From a virus (lineage: Duplodnaviria > Caudoviricetes): 64,000 bases of DNA. The stretch lies in IMG/VR virus record IMGVR_UViG_3300037400_004242. One strand, given 5' to 3'. The position numbers were made by a program, and so were the translations under genes. Each line of letters opens with the position of its first letter. The stretch's first letter is position 1. Under the pieces are notes generated by a model, which saw nothing but the letters and a program-made list of their open reading frames with translations, made no database searches and was not told the DNA's origin. Shown piece by piece: positions 33,001-42,323 of the stretch.

Positions 33001-33180
33001 AAAACAGAAAAAGAATTAAACAAAGAAGAAAAAGATGATAGAGATACAATTGTTTTGAATGTTTTAGCAAAATTAAAAGATGGCCTTAGTTCAAAACAAA
33101 TTAATCAAATATATCAAGAAGTAAATAAGATTTTAACGGATAATGGTTTTGAAGCCGATAGTTATATCACACAAACATAA
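27100..33180 (+). CDS. Tape measure protein paralog C with glucosaminidase (GH73-like) domain
   Basis: 2026 aa; core motifs shared with A and B; GLPTDVIFAQLAFETG...HNYGG...YFT..EY resembles GH73; C-terminal KPKTLKEQWD block shared with B. Confidence 0.75.
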   Translation: MSTATASIDEQNKLSIIKQHFDDMAKLIAEVNKIYSSAVQSISKDNESLKKLQDVMHQLENFQKQKDAMFQYLDNVRETLSHQDLYQIISKQQTSINIIISKIQALQYDDNLEEVASKIETYSNQITELGKANESDVKNFDTLVAEDIRNIQKQFRDFREACIRITAKKLTVQQKTQEQTNELEQRIQMMQDILLNQKNSSQSARTVSSNLTRMINKIAEEASYFNKKKSTVNSRSLLTLIQRLKKYHDSTKRKPHTIANFSQEISALTDITSSLLEEEYHSLMADMKNGTEVTAEQIQHFNDIFTKTLDKQGKFLTGKSFDIFVKYMPKLKGEHERILTSFETLYSYPKLVTNAYIDTLVNELKQYHENPPEEQYNDYQLKHAKKELTASKNFDYTNYSLNILANPKSLYASDDVKNAYKDFGRDSAIYNEQIQTILKNEEIGAQRTGRNVDDLFKEDFVNGRFTQPLLNNNDRLLSFAQKINKNDLKKNDVGISSDVAKQLTEAIHQTYRQIQILSRFDPDSKLLEALKQQAKDLEEQRDDLVKAGKDDKLKGYESLFKSFKGVKGFFEKALVMMGLGGLFSFNKWKDMIKTRANENGKMMYNNFLANTAMGASNPYTNSYDLVYNYGQNVFKASYGQIGFDAYSNMYQNLSKNLMGRADRSGSAKAQDAMYFTYGMTLPVNMYGISAGTATNFASEFYMNNRMSAKETMDMFYDVIGRAQKSNIPIEKYMRTITTLSHKYREIGYGGKQVAANIQFMIDNGLRIEDAQSLHGEILGAQTNFSLNKSNAVYSILAGQTHNMFTAMFMNLKTHDRFGNPIQGRQKLIGEQMMEKLRMTDGMFSNPVMRRFNYMQQFMGMGVGLKNANLMTDAAVKGDTKKLGAYLDGAEEEKLKKNMNLKKSVQGFANELANASALLSEKQKNQANMMSAANQIAEHLGSHREGMQAFSNMIDTATQNLINGFERLVQFINNLDLKNIPGASKAFAFAIEHPLLALGGAYAGWKGLKYGAKKLTQPLRHWNDVKDNAAANQAKQAKAPKSSNSSAWKTLKNGIRRFKPRSMARFIVVGTTAAIGLATATTEASPSEQYEKIQEQKPKSEEDEKKAPNQLVSMFKSGKSNATILTKDGKHVLVGNEQYADAKSWLTRTQVQVATTIAGIAAVTAISILAYKKFFKDIGLNLPKIPKSPKKPPKLKIKKMDFSDLNIINQKIMKNDAIAKSILRHQRKLEKQKNAKKFKEKQRRLRQLRKKQLKSGELRSLWEYFGNGLKELPKTDLLLMIGLPILEEFMSSDEEDEEYGQDDRTALQKVSAGVIEGTPYFLLSQALSKIPRVGGFLSIAVPLALDVAEQNGYKTPISDLTYYVKQSLGVQRKINASNLDYLNNMVKENTLTGEDFDKLIKSDTEQGKYFRKYLSKNGIEYSSLNETEKAIFKEEMDALLNLRLATVQVLAMAVQAFKQAMAARANAHNLGGGGDSNKQLTAKGKEYIKNQLEAFFPGDDNEITNLDMAIHTYVYAQDFINEHESEFDYDKKSAAYATLRYLKHRIVELNGGEPYELTDEDNVGLLGEKSYIVRDPYDNLTGRSGSSEELANKISNPTGYTGYISAKEAKEGIGNTAEEDEEIAKSAGFYGAAMGNYEDSLTKQLINDNNPEYVENKPVQQNSASQSSSSSQVDGDYGAYASMVEQAKMISQLTGLPTDVIFAQLAFETGQNPSDMAYSDKIHNYGGTIVDMGHGKNDSGFGIYVNNQEGAEAYVKGTVPVREQLPQLREAIAQGDLKKYVHLLKYGMEESGKGNYQYFTGDENEYLNGIMSYLSLAHKFGLNGVTPNGTYDFSAVIQRLQNLKPKTLKEQWDENISNYKTSVGNGKTIKGAYTHNGLYLDASLSAPSIVEENQKLREKYANGLYNDDITPSTENIMTPEKLAEFEKKKMYLSFKAVQEETKMMIEAERKKSQQKDVIFRRTLEEAKAKTEKELNKEEKDDRDTIVLNVLAKLKDGLSSKQINQIYQEVNKILTDNGFEADSYITQT

Positions 33181-33247
33181 TAATAATTTAAAAAATGAGA
33201 TTGTATGTTTTTAATAGAGTGAAATATGAACTAGGAGGTAAAAATAT

Positions 33248-35461
33248 ATGTCAGCTATAGATGATAGACATGCTGAAATGGTAAAAAGAGCACAGCAGAT
33301 AAAACAACAAGGAGGTAAATCAGGAGATACATTTAAACAGGATAGCTCTGGGAATTGGGGAAAAACTACTAGTACATCTAGTAATGTAGCTAGTGGTTCA
33401 ACATTTAATTTTAACACTTCAAATAATACTGGAAGTAGTATATTTGGGCAAACATCATCATATAGTATGAGTGGTGCTACGCCAAAGACACAATTTATGG
33501 GAACAGAAGAAACACAAAGGATGTATGGTCCCTTTGGAGGTACAGGAACCTTTGGAGGTATAGGAACTTCAACTCCTCCATATGCGCCAACGGGTAGTGG
33601 TGCTAGCGGTAAAACAAATGGTGGAATTGGTAAGACTGGGATACCATCAATAGATGACCCTTCATCAACAGGAATTGGACATAGAATGAATAATGGTAGC
33701 TCAGGAAGCACTACGGCAGGTGCAGATACTACTGTTATTGGAGCAATAGGAACCACAATTCTAGGTGGTTTGCTAGGTAAAATGTTTAATAAAATCACAG
33801 GAGAAAAAGAATATAGTGGTGATATTAGTTATTCTCAATCTCCAATTGATTTGCCTGGAACCATTGTTGGTAATTTAAAAAATGTACAAAGTACGCAAGC
33901 ATATATACAAAATTTTGCACGTTATAATAATTATTTAACTTGTAATTTAGGTATGGCTCAAATGGCGGCAGATAGATATATGTCTTTAAAAGAACGTATT
34001 CCAATGTCATTTGAATATTATGCAACACCAAGTCAAAAAAAAGAAGTTGTAATGTATATTAATCCTGAAAACATGTCTATTAGTACTGCAAAAGTTAAGC
34101 AAAAAGTATTTACTCGTGGTGGAATTTATTTTCATCATTATGGTGATGATATTTGGACAATGAAAATTAGTGGTACGTGCGGATATGCACAAATGAGAGG
34201 TATTGAAGCATTAGAAGAAATCTATTTTAATTCAGGAACATTGTTAAAATATACAAATGTTGCGGCTGATACGGTTCATACGAATAAAATTACAACTGCA
34301 ACACAAGCAACAAATGCTTCTATTCAAGATTCATTAGATAAATTAAGAAGTTCAGGAAAAGTTGGTAATTATTTAGCAAAAGTTTTTGGAACACTTACAG
34401 ATGGATTAGGATATACGAAAGGAAAAGATGGAAAAACAGATAATTCTATTGCTACAAAATTAGGGAAACATAGAGGATTATTAGGAAAAATATTTGGTAA
34501 TTCTTCTAGTCAAAAAGCAAATGGTAATTTATTTGATGTGTTAGCAGGAGCGGCTATGGATGCATCTGCAAATATGAATAAATGTTATGATAATAATACA
34601 GATGCACAAGTTCAAGAGACTATGAATAATACCAAAAATTTAATGAAAGCCGCCGCTATGATGACAGGAAATCCGACAGCTTTTAAACAATATTTTACAG
34701 GATGTTTTAAAAAATTAAAACAAGGAATTGGTTCAACAACAAGTAAAGAAGTTTTAGGTGCTATGGCGGCAGATATGGTGCAAGGAATATTTTCTGGGAA
34801 GCCATCAAATGAAAACATGAAAGCGATTCTAGATAGTATGAATAATGGTACAAAAAACTTTTTTCAGGGTGTATTAGACATGTTTAATGGTGATTATCAA
34901 CAAACAAATGATATTGTTGCACCACAATCTGCTACATATGGAAATTATTATACTTTAGGACAAATGACAATGACAGAATTAAATAATGTTGTAAAATCTG
35001 TTCAATCTTTTAATGCAGAACATACGATAGACCATAATGATGCCGCTAAGAATTGGGCTGATATAGAAGACCAATTAACAGATTTATATCGTCCACGTCA
35101 GATTATTATGTATTTTGATGACCGTGTATACATTGGGCATTTTGATAGTTTTAACTATACACGAAAAGCAAGCACTCCATTAATTTATTATGATATGAGT
35201 TTTACAGTTACACGTCAGATAAAAATTGATGTTTCTAATCGTCAGCAAAAGAATTCTTCTAATGGTAGCACTTCTTTGGGAAGTTTATTAGGTACAGCTA
35301 TAGCAGGACAAGTTGTTGGTAGAGGAATTAGTGCTTATAAAAAACATCAACAAAATAAACGTAATAAACAAGCAACGAAAGAAGTAGGTATTCCAGGAAA
35401 AACTGCGGATGGAAAAACTGCTCCAACACCATATGATGGAAGCAATACTAAAACACTTTAA
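33248..35461 (+). CDS. Putative tail tube initiator / baseplate tube-fold protein
   Basis: MYINPENMSI...KVFTRGG...HYGDD...ISGT and YIGHFDSFNYTR...YDMSFTV separated by a long helical insert; after tape measures. Confidence 0.6.
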   Translation: MSAIDDRHAEMVKRAQQIKQQGGKSGDTFKQDSSGNWGKTTSTSSNVASGSTFNFNTSNNTGSSIFGQTSSYSMSGATPKTQFMGTEETQRMYGPFGGTGTFGGIGTSTPPYAPTGSGASGKTNGGIGKTGIPSIDDPSSTGIGHRMNNGSSGSTTAGADTTVIGAIGTTILGGLLGKMFNKITGEKEYSGDISYSQSPIDLPGTIVGNLKNVQSTQAYIQNFARYNNYLTCNLGMAQMAADRYMSLKERIPMSFEYYATPSQKKEVVMYINPENMSISTAKVKQKVFTRGGIYFHHYGDDIWTMKISGTCGYAQMRGIEALEEIYFNSGTLLKYTNVAADTVHTNKITTATQATNASIQDSLDKLRSSGKVGNYLAKVFGTLTDGLGYTKGKDGKTDNSIATKLGKHRGLLGKIFGNSSSQKANGNLFDVLAGAAMDASANMNKCYDNNTDAQVQETMNNTKNLMKAAAMMTGNPTAFKQYFTGCFKKLKQGIGSTTSKEVLGAMAADMVQGIFSGKPSNENMKAILDSMNNGTKNFFQGVLDMFNGDYQQTNDIVAPQSATYGNYYTLGQMTMTELNNVVKSVQSFNAEHTIDHNDAAKNWADIEDQLTDLYRPRQIIMYFDDRVYIGHFDSFNYTRKASTPLIYYDMSFTVTRQIKIDVSNRQQKNSSNGSTSLGSLLGTAIAGQVVGRGISAYKKHQQNKRNKQATKEVGIPGKTADGKTAPTPYDGSNTKTL

Positions 35462-35481
35462 TAGAAAGGAATTCATAATAT

Positions 35482-38400
35482 ATGGCAGATAATGATGATG
35501 CGAAGAAAAAACAACAAGCAGAACAAGAAAGTCAGGATGCAATACAATCTGCTTATGGTCGTGCAAGTCAAGCGGCGCAAAATGGCGGCACTTATATGAC
35601 TGGTGTTTTTTCAACAAATGGAACTGCTGAATTTGATGCAGGACGAGATATTTTAACGGGTGCAGATTTTAAAAAATATGAACATCCAGAGCGTCTTGTT
35701 GGAACACAAATGCAATATGCGAATACCGGAAATATTCGTGTTGTAAATTTTAAACAAGATTATGTTGTTTTAATTCGCAAGAAATTATTTTATGCGGCAA
35801 ATTCAGCAGGGAATATTGAAAAAGATAATGCTGAAATGTCTGATGGTAATTATGTTCGCACTTATAAATTAGATAATTGGACGAGTATTCGTACTAATAT
35901 TAGTATTTCAGGTACGCCAGGAAATTGTCAGATAGATTTGCAAGGTGGGGAATGGGTTTTATGTTATGAAGAAACATCTTTAACAAATCGTGGCAAACCA
36001 ATTGTAACATCAGAATATAATGGTTATGTAAGTGATGAATTTCCAAACAATAATGCTCAATTACAAAATGATTCAAGCAATAATTTTGAAAATACGCAAA
36101 CACAACAAAATGACCCATCAACACAAGTAGAACATGGTGTTGCTACAGTTAATGATGCTATTGCAAATAATATTTGGAATCGCTCAGGCGTTCATCCATA
36201 TCTAGAACAGTATCGTGGTATTACATATGATACAAAAGCAAATCCAGATGGTAAAACAGGTACTGTTACAATGACAGATACAGATGGTACGGTACGTAAA
36301 TTTACTTTACCGATGGATAATACAAAACGTGATGAAAATATTTTAAATATTGGACAAAATTGTGAATCTGGTTATAAAATAGCAGAAAAATGCGATTGGG
36401 AACCAATGGATGAAGTTTGGATTTATGGGAAATCAAACTTTGAACGTGATAGTAAATATAGCAATAGTGATTTTAAAATGAATCAAATTTTCTTTGGATA
36501 CATTGATAATGTAACAAAGACTTATTTGAGTGGTAAATCCGCAGGATGTACCATTTCAATTACTGCTACAGACCAATTAAAATTATTAGATTTATCATAT
36601 GTTACAATGAATCCATCTATGACACCAGGTGCATCAGGTGTTGGAGGTATAGATTTACGTTATTCAAAACAAGATACTAGTCATTTTGGTACGTTTCGTT
36701 TATACAATCCATACTCTGTTATGCAACAAATGGGATTGTTTGGTAGTGCAGAAGATGCTAAAAAAGCGCAAGAAGAGACATTAAACAACTCTTGGGAATT
36801 TCAAACATTAGCTAATATTTTTGGTGGAAAACCGATTGCTGAAATTATTAAACAGTTATGTTTAGATGCAGGTGTCCCAACTTGGTATTTAAAACAGCGT
36901 ATAGAACCAATTCAATATCCACCATTTGTGTATTCGTATAAACAATCAAATTCTTCCATGTTATTTAATGGAAGTATGATGAAACGATTGAATGAATGTC
37001 AAACAGCGGCAAGGAAATTATTATTAGAATTTTTTGCAGACGAAGCAGGAAATATTGTTTTAAAATGCCCAAATTTTGCATTGGGTGTAAATTCAAAAGT
37101 AAAAAATAATATGGGATTTGCAGAATCTTGTTCTGCGATGATGAATATTGATATTGATAATATTCAACCATATTATGCAATTAATGAAACAAAAATAGAT
37201 AATGCAAAATTGCAACATGCATCACAAGAAGACTTAGATATTTTAAATAACACAAGTCATTCCACAAATGTTGACCAATGTAACCAATATAAAAGAGTAA
37301 AAGCCGCAGAAGAAATAGTAAAAGGTTCTAATTTAACAATGGCAGAAGCCGCAGATAAATTAAGCGGTTTAACGGAAACAAATCCACAATATACATTTAT
37401 GAAACAATATACAACATACACAGATGATTATGGTAGTGGAGACAACGGTCCGATTTCTGTTTCTGTGCAAGCACCTGATACATTTGTAAGTTTGGCAGAA
37501 AGATATTTGGGCAAAAATAGTGATGCATATTTAGATATTTATGACCAAGCATGTTCCCAGTTTAATACTGACGGAAAGCAAATTATTAAAGATATTAATG
37601 ATTGCCAAGCTATTTATGGTCAGACATTAATTATTCGTAGAAATCGTTTATATGATAATCAAAATAAAACATGGTTAGGAAATTCCGACCAATTACGTGA
37701 TGATTTAATTACAAAATATGGCGAAGACGAAAGTACATGGTACAAACAAGCAGAAGCAGAAGATAAAAAACAAGTTCAAAAACGTAAAGAAACACAAGAA
37801 AAATATATGCAACAAGTGCAGAAACAATATTCAGGGACATTATCAGAAATGACAGATAGTTTAATCCCTGAAATTCCGCAGGAATTTATATTGTCTTTTA
37901 GTTTAACAGATTCCGATAAACAGATTTATAATATGTATGAAGTTAATATTGAAGGAGACTTTGGAATCTTTGATAAAGGCGGACCGCTTCAAAAAATCTG
38001 TCGTGTATTTCCTGATATAGCTTCTATGATTCGCTTCGGTTGCCGTCCGAATCCTACGGTATACAATTTTCCATATATGGGGAATAAAGAAAATGCGCAT
38101 TTATTAGGATTTATGTTATGTGCGATGTCATTAGCAAGAAGAAATTCAGCAACTTTAAGTATGATTGAAGATTCTTCTATTCATGTAGGCGACCCGATTC
38201 GTTTCTTCGCTTATGATGAACATCCTGATGTTCCTTTATCAGAACAAAAAGGAGATAGAGGTCAATTTGAATCTGTACTAAATTCTATGGCTCGTACTTC
38301 TAAGGATTTGGAAACACAAACGATGGAAACATTGTCTGGTTTTGAACAATTTGCCGTAGAAAAGGAGCAAGAAAAAGTAGAAGGTGGAAACTATACACCT

Positions 38401-41331
38401 TATAGGGAGAAAGACACGGGGAATTATGTTGGTCATATTGATAAAGGTAATGCACTTAACATTATGACCGAAACAGATGTTTCTAAAAAAAGTTATGAAA
38501 AAGTTCCTGCTTCTCAAATGGCAACACATACAGATGCGCAAACAATTTATTATGTAGAACAAGTTTCTCGTAGCATTGGTGTTGCAAAAGAATCAACAAT
38601 GACATTGACTTTAAGTTGTGGTCGTATGATGGGACATCCAAGTGTCATTGATTATATGTTATTATTATATCAAGCATATTTTGACCCTGCTTTAGGTTTT
38701 TGTCCTGATATTGCAGAATTAAATAAATTAAGAGATAAATATAAAGGGAATACAAAAGAACATAAAATTACTCCATTAGATTGTTTAATTCAGATTGCGT
38801 ATGATGAATATCATGTTTTGCAAAATGAAACGGCAGTTCCAGATATTGCAGTTAATACAGCGCAAGAAATAGAAAGTTTGCCTGAATCAAAATATGCACT
38901 TAGTAAATTAGCAGGTGATGGGGCTTCAGAAGTTCAATGCGTCGGATTAAAAAATTTCTTTGCGGCTGAAAATTTAAATTTGGGACAATTTCAGCCATTA
39001 TTTGCTGATGTCTATCATTATAATAACGATTGGAAAAAATTAACATCTATGATATATGGTCATGTGTCTTGTCCAAATCCTCGTGACCCGCAAATGGATA
39101 TTGTAAAATTTAGTTTCGTTATATTTTTATTTGATTACAATCAAACTCGCTGGGCATTTAGTCGTACAGAAGGTGGAGGAACAGTAAACAAAGGATACAG
39201 TTTTGAAACACATTATAGGTCTGAGAATGAAGCAAAAAGTCAATATAATGTTTTAGCTGGTGTTCGTGCAAGATGGATAGCAGGAGAATATAACAAAACA
39301 AATAATGTAACAAGTTATAAAGAAATGTTAAATGCTGTTATTAATATGTTAAAAAAAGAAGCCATGAGTGTTGGCGATAGAAGTGAATATAGAGCAACAG
39401 CAAATGAATGTGTTTTTAAAGATAATGAAATTAATCCTTCTATGAAAAATGTTACAGAAGGTTCAAAAGAATCTTCAATTGCGCAACAAAAGATTGAAGA
39501 ACTACATCATGCTATTATTGCTTTAAATGTAGATAAATTTGGTAGTTCTTTGACAATTAATATGATACAGTTTGATGGCATATTAAATCGTCATATTGGT
39601 GAAACCATTATTATTCCAAAAGAAATAATATTAGGTGAAAAAAGTACAGATAAAGCAAATAAAAAAGATGAACCAGATTCAAAAACAGAAGTTGCGGCAA
39701 ATGATGCAGAAAAACAAGCCTTTGGTAACGATGTCAAAAAATATCAAGTTGTTGAAAATGGTGTACATTGTATTCGTTATGAAAGTTCTACTTGTAAAGC
39801 ACAGTATTATTTCAAAGAAGATGGATGGGATAATTCCACGACACCTCCTGATATTAGTAAATGTGAAAAAAGTTTTGTAAAAATCAAAGAAGCAGATGGT
39901 TATCATTTAATTCAATCTCAAAGTTGTATTGATGGTCGTTCTAGAAACACGACAGTTAAAGTTGATACACTTATGACAGATGATACATATAGTACTGTTA
40001 AAGACAATGCCCCTGATGTTGTATCTGTTTATGCCGCTGATGGACACCCAATAATAGAAAATGTTGAAATGGTATCAGGCACGATACAAGGCGAACAAAA
40101 TGATATTGTTGCTAATGCAAAAGGAAACGGTTCATGCAAACCTTATACTGATATGGTTTATAATTACAAAGGTTCAACGCAAAAAGATGGCGCAGATTTT
40201 ATGAACCAAACTAATAAATGGAGACATGCGAATAATATTGTTGCTGAAGATGAATTAACATATAAACAAATTCAAAATGGGAAAACTATAGATTCAACAA
40301 CTTATCAAGTTAATTCTGATGGCAAAATGGAAAATGTTACAACAAAACCAGTTGAATTTAGTACAAACGAAAAAAACAATAATGCTAAAACATATTCTAA
40401 TAGTAATGCACAAAATAATAATTCTAGTAATCAAAAACAAATGACACCAGAAGAATATGAAAAATATACTTATAATAAATACAAAAGATTTGGAGAAGAA
40501 AAAGCAAAACAACAGGCCAAATTAGCAAGACAAAACTATGAAAAAATTTATAATTCAAAAAATCAGAATGGAAATTCAACCACGAGATTAAATACAGATA
40601 AAGTAAATTCTGGTAATGAAAATTATAAAAAACAATCTGAAAGTGTATTGGATGAATTAACTAAATCAAATCCAAATTCTATGAGTGACGAACAGTTAAA
40701 CAAAAAAGAAACAAAACAAACTTCTACAAAATCAGAAGATATCCCAACTTCTGGAAAAAATAATAATCCAAAAAATGATAATTCAAAAAATACAACGAGT
40801 TCTGAAAATACTCAAACTGTTTCAACTGTTAAAAGCAGTATACCAGATAATACAACAGGTACTGATATTTGGGATAATAAGAAAAGTAATAATGGTTTTT
40901 CGAACAACGTTCAATCTCCTATGTATAAATGTACAGCTAATTACGAAGGATTAAATAGTACGCAATTAAGAGCCGTGCGCGGTCAGAATACAACATCGAG
41001 TAGAGTAATTAAAGCAGATATAAATGATGATGGTAGTACGGTAGTTACAAAAATAGATAGAAATATGCGTGTAACAAAAGTGCGTTTTGATAGTGATGGA
41101 AAATATGCTGGTGAAGTAAAAATGGATTCTCAAAAGTATTATAATGCTACTACTGGAGAAATGACGGATGTACAAACACGTAATGCTACAATAGCTCAAG
41201 TTGCTGGAGAATATGGATTAAGTTATACCGGGGCTGTTATTCTTGCGCCTGATATGAATACAAAGAAACAAGTTTTAACAGAATTACGAAATAAAGGTGT
41301 GCATTGTGATGTTGTTATTAGTAGAAGATAA
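35482..41331 (+). CDS. Large baseplate hub protein with LysM-like segments
   Basis: PMDEVWIY..QIFFGYIDNV..ISITATDQLK.L, EFFADEAGNIVLK, SMIRFG.R, ATLSMIEDSSIHVGDPI, YYVEQVSRSI...TLTLSCGR. Confidence 0.7.
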   Translation: MADNDDAKKKQQAEQESQDAIQSAYGRASQAAQNGGTYMTGVFSTNGTAEFDAGRDILTGADFKKYEHPERLVGTQMQYANTGNIRVVNFKQDYVVLIRKKLFYAANSAGNIEKDNAEMSDGNYVRTYKLDNWTSIRTNISISGTPGNCQIDLQGGEWVLCYEETSLTNRGKPIVTSEYNGYVSDEFPNNNAQLQNDSSNNFENTQTQQNDPSTQVEHGVATVNDAIANNIWNRSGVHPYLEQYRGITYDTKANPDGKTGTVTMTDTDGTVRKFTLPMDNTKRDENILNIGQNCESGYKIAEKCDWEPMDEVWIYGKSNFERDSKYSNSDFKMNQIFFGYIDNVTKTYLSGKSAGCTISITATDQLKLLDLSYVTMNPSMTPGASGVGGIDLRYSKQDTSHFGTFRLYNPYSVMQQMGLFGSAEDAKKAQEETLNNSWEFQTLANIFGGKPIAEIIKQLCLDAGVPTWYLKQRIEPIQYPPFVYSYKQSNSSMLFNGSMMKRLNECQTAARKLLLEFFADEAGNIVLKCPNFALGVNSKVKNNMGFAESCSAMMNIDIDNIQPYYAINETKIDNAKLQHASQEDLDILNNTSHSTNVDQCNQYKRVKAAEEIVKGSNLTMAEAADKLSGLTETNPQYTFMKQYTTYTDDYGSGDNGPISVSVQAPDTFVSLAERYLGKNSDAYLDIYDQACSQFNTDGKQIIKDINDCQAIYGQTLIIRRNRLYDNQNKTWLGNSDQLRDDLITKYGEDESTWYKQAEAEDKKQVQKRKETQEKYMQQVQKQYSGTLSEMTDSLIPEIPQEFILSFSLTDSDKQIYNMYEVNIEGDFGIFDKGGPLQKICRVFPDIASMIRFGCRPNPTVYNFPYMGNKENAHLLGFMLCAMSLARRNSATLSMIEDSSIHVGDPIRFFAYDEHPDVPLSEQKGDRGQFESVLNSMARTSKDLETQTMETLSGFEQFAVEKEQEKVEGGNYTPYREKDTGNYVGHIDKGNALNIMTETDVSKKSYEKVPASQMATHTDAQTIYYVEQVSRSIGVAKESTMTLTLSCGRMMGHPSVIDYMLLLYQAYFDPALGFCPDIAELNKLRDKYKGNTKEHKITPLDCLIQIAYDEYHVLQNETAVPDIAVNTAQEIESLPESKYALSKLAGDGASEVQCVGLKNFFAAENLNLGQFQPLFADVYHYNNDWKKLTSMIYGHVSCPNPRDPQMDIVKFSFVIFLFDYNQTRWAFSRTEGGGTVNKGYSFETHYRSENEAKSQYNVLAGVRARWIAGEYNKTNNVTSYKEMLNAVINMLKKEAMSVGDRSEYRATANECVFKDNEINPSMKNVTEGSKESSIAQQKIEELHHAIIALNVDKFGSSLTINMIQFDGILNRHIGETIIIPKEIILGEKSTDKANKKDEPDSKTEVAANDAEKQAFGNDVKKYQVVENGVHCIRYESSTCKAQYYFKEDGWDNSTTPPDISKCEKSFVKIKEADGYHLIQSQSCIDGRSRNTTVKVDTLMTDDTYSTVKDNAPDVVSVYAADGHPIIENVEMVSGTIQGEQNDIVANAKGNGSCKPYTDMVYNYKGSTQKDGADFMNQTNKWRHANNIVAEDELTYKQIQNGKTIDSTTYQVNSDGKMENVTTKPVEFSTNEKNNNAKTYSNSNAQNNNSSNQKQMTPEEYEKYTYNKYKRFGEEKAKQQAKLARQNYEKIYNSKNQNGNSTTRLNTDKVNSGNENYKKQSESVLDELTKSNPNSMSDEQLNKKETKQTSTKSEDIPTSGKNNNPKNDNSKNTTSSENTQTVSTVKSSIPDNTTGTDIWDNKKSNNGFSNNVQSPMYKCTANYEGLNSTQLRAVRGQNTTSSRVIKADINDDGSTVVTKIDRNMRVTKVRFDSDGKYAGEVKMDSQKYYNATTGEMTDVQTRNATIAQVAGEYGLSYTGAVILAPDMNTKKQVLTELRNKGVHCDVVISRR

Positions 41332-41348
41332 TCATACGAGGTAATAAT

Positions 41349-41528
41349 ATGGCAAATATATATGAAGAATTATTTAATAAAGTTAAAGGTGGTCAAAATC
41401 CAATTGAAGCGATTAGTAAAGTGCAAGGTGTAATTAGCCAAATAAAAACACTTAAAAATGCGGTTAGTAATCCTGTGAATGTTTATGATTTAGTGAAAGG
41501 AGCTATGAAAAAAATGCGAAGGAAGTGA
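41349..41528 (+). CDS. 59-aa basic amphipathic protein (absent from ORF track)
   Basis: GAGGT RBS; MANIYEELFNKVKGGQNPIEAISKVQGVISQIKTLKNAVSNPVNVYDLVKGAMKKMRRK fills the gap. Confidence 0.65.
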   Translation: MANIYEELFNKVKGGQNPIEAISKVQGVISQIKTLKNAVSNPVNVYDLVKGAMKKMRRK

Positions 41529-41534
41529 TTTTAA

Positions 41535-42311
41535 ATGTCTTTAATGAGTTCAGTAGGGAATATAAAAGGACAAGTTGCTAGTTTAGGTGCTCAAATAAAA
41601 AATTTGAGCAAAGGATTAGGAAATCTACAAGGATTAGCAGGTATGTTAGGTCAGTCTGCTTTAGGTCGTTTTAGTGGTTTATTAAATAGTGGTAAACTTC
41701 CAGCAAAAGGTGCTGTTCAAGCTATTGGTAAAATTATAGCTGTCACATCAACTGTTGGAGTTATTATGAACTTATATAATAATGCTATGAAAGCTAGTAA
41801 GGCAAAAAAAACAGCTAAAGGTGATGATAAAGCAACTGAACAACAAAAAATAGATTCAAATGGAAATAAAGTTGATGAAGGAATTAGTGGTCAAGATGTG
41901 TCTAATTCTGCATCAGAGACAGCATTACAAGATGAGGATTCTAGCCCTGTAGGAAAAGGCGAAGGAGGTTCTGTTTCTTATGATTCTATGTTGCCTGGTG
42001 ATAGATTAAAAGCTAAGATGAATGATTATTATCAGCAATTACAGAATCGTTCTCCAGAAGAGATTCAATTTAGTAATGCTCTTGCATATGAAAAACAAAT
42101 TAAAAAATACAAAAGCACTTTAACTGGTGATGAAGATAAAGATTGGGGAACAAAAGCTCAAATTGGTGTTTTACAACAAATGAAAGAACAGTCTATTTCT
42201 AACGGTAATAATGATTTAAGTTATTATAGTAGGTTATCAGACCCTTCATCGTATGGTAAACAAAAATATGAAGATTATGCAGAATATGAAATGTGGAAAG
42301 AAAATGGATAA
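41535..42311 (+). CDS. Gly/Leu-rich hypothetical virion protein with hydrophobic segment
   Basis: Amphipathic N-terminal half, IIAVTSTVGVIMNL segment; between hub and spike. Confidence 0.55.
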   Translation: MSLMSSVGNIKGQVASLGAQIKNLSKGLGNLQGLAGMLGQSALGRFSGLLNSGKLPAKGAVQAIGKIIAVTSTVGVIMNLYNNAMKASKAKKTAKGDDKATEQQKIDSNGNKVDEGISGQDVSNSASETALQDEDSSPVGKGEGGSVSYDSMLPGDRLKAKMNDYYQQLQNRSPEEIQFSNALAYEKQIKKYKSTLTGDEDKDWGTKAQIGVLQQMKEQSISNGNNDLSYYSRLSDPSSYGKQKYEDYAEYEMWKENG

Positions 42312-42323
42312 AGGTGATGGTAT

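Noticed and set aside
14654-33180. Triple tape measure as an assembly artefact
   Set aside because: Copies are highly diverged at DNA and protein level and carry different domains
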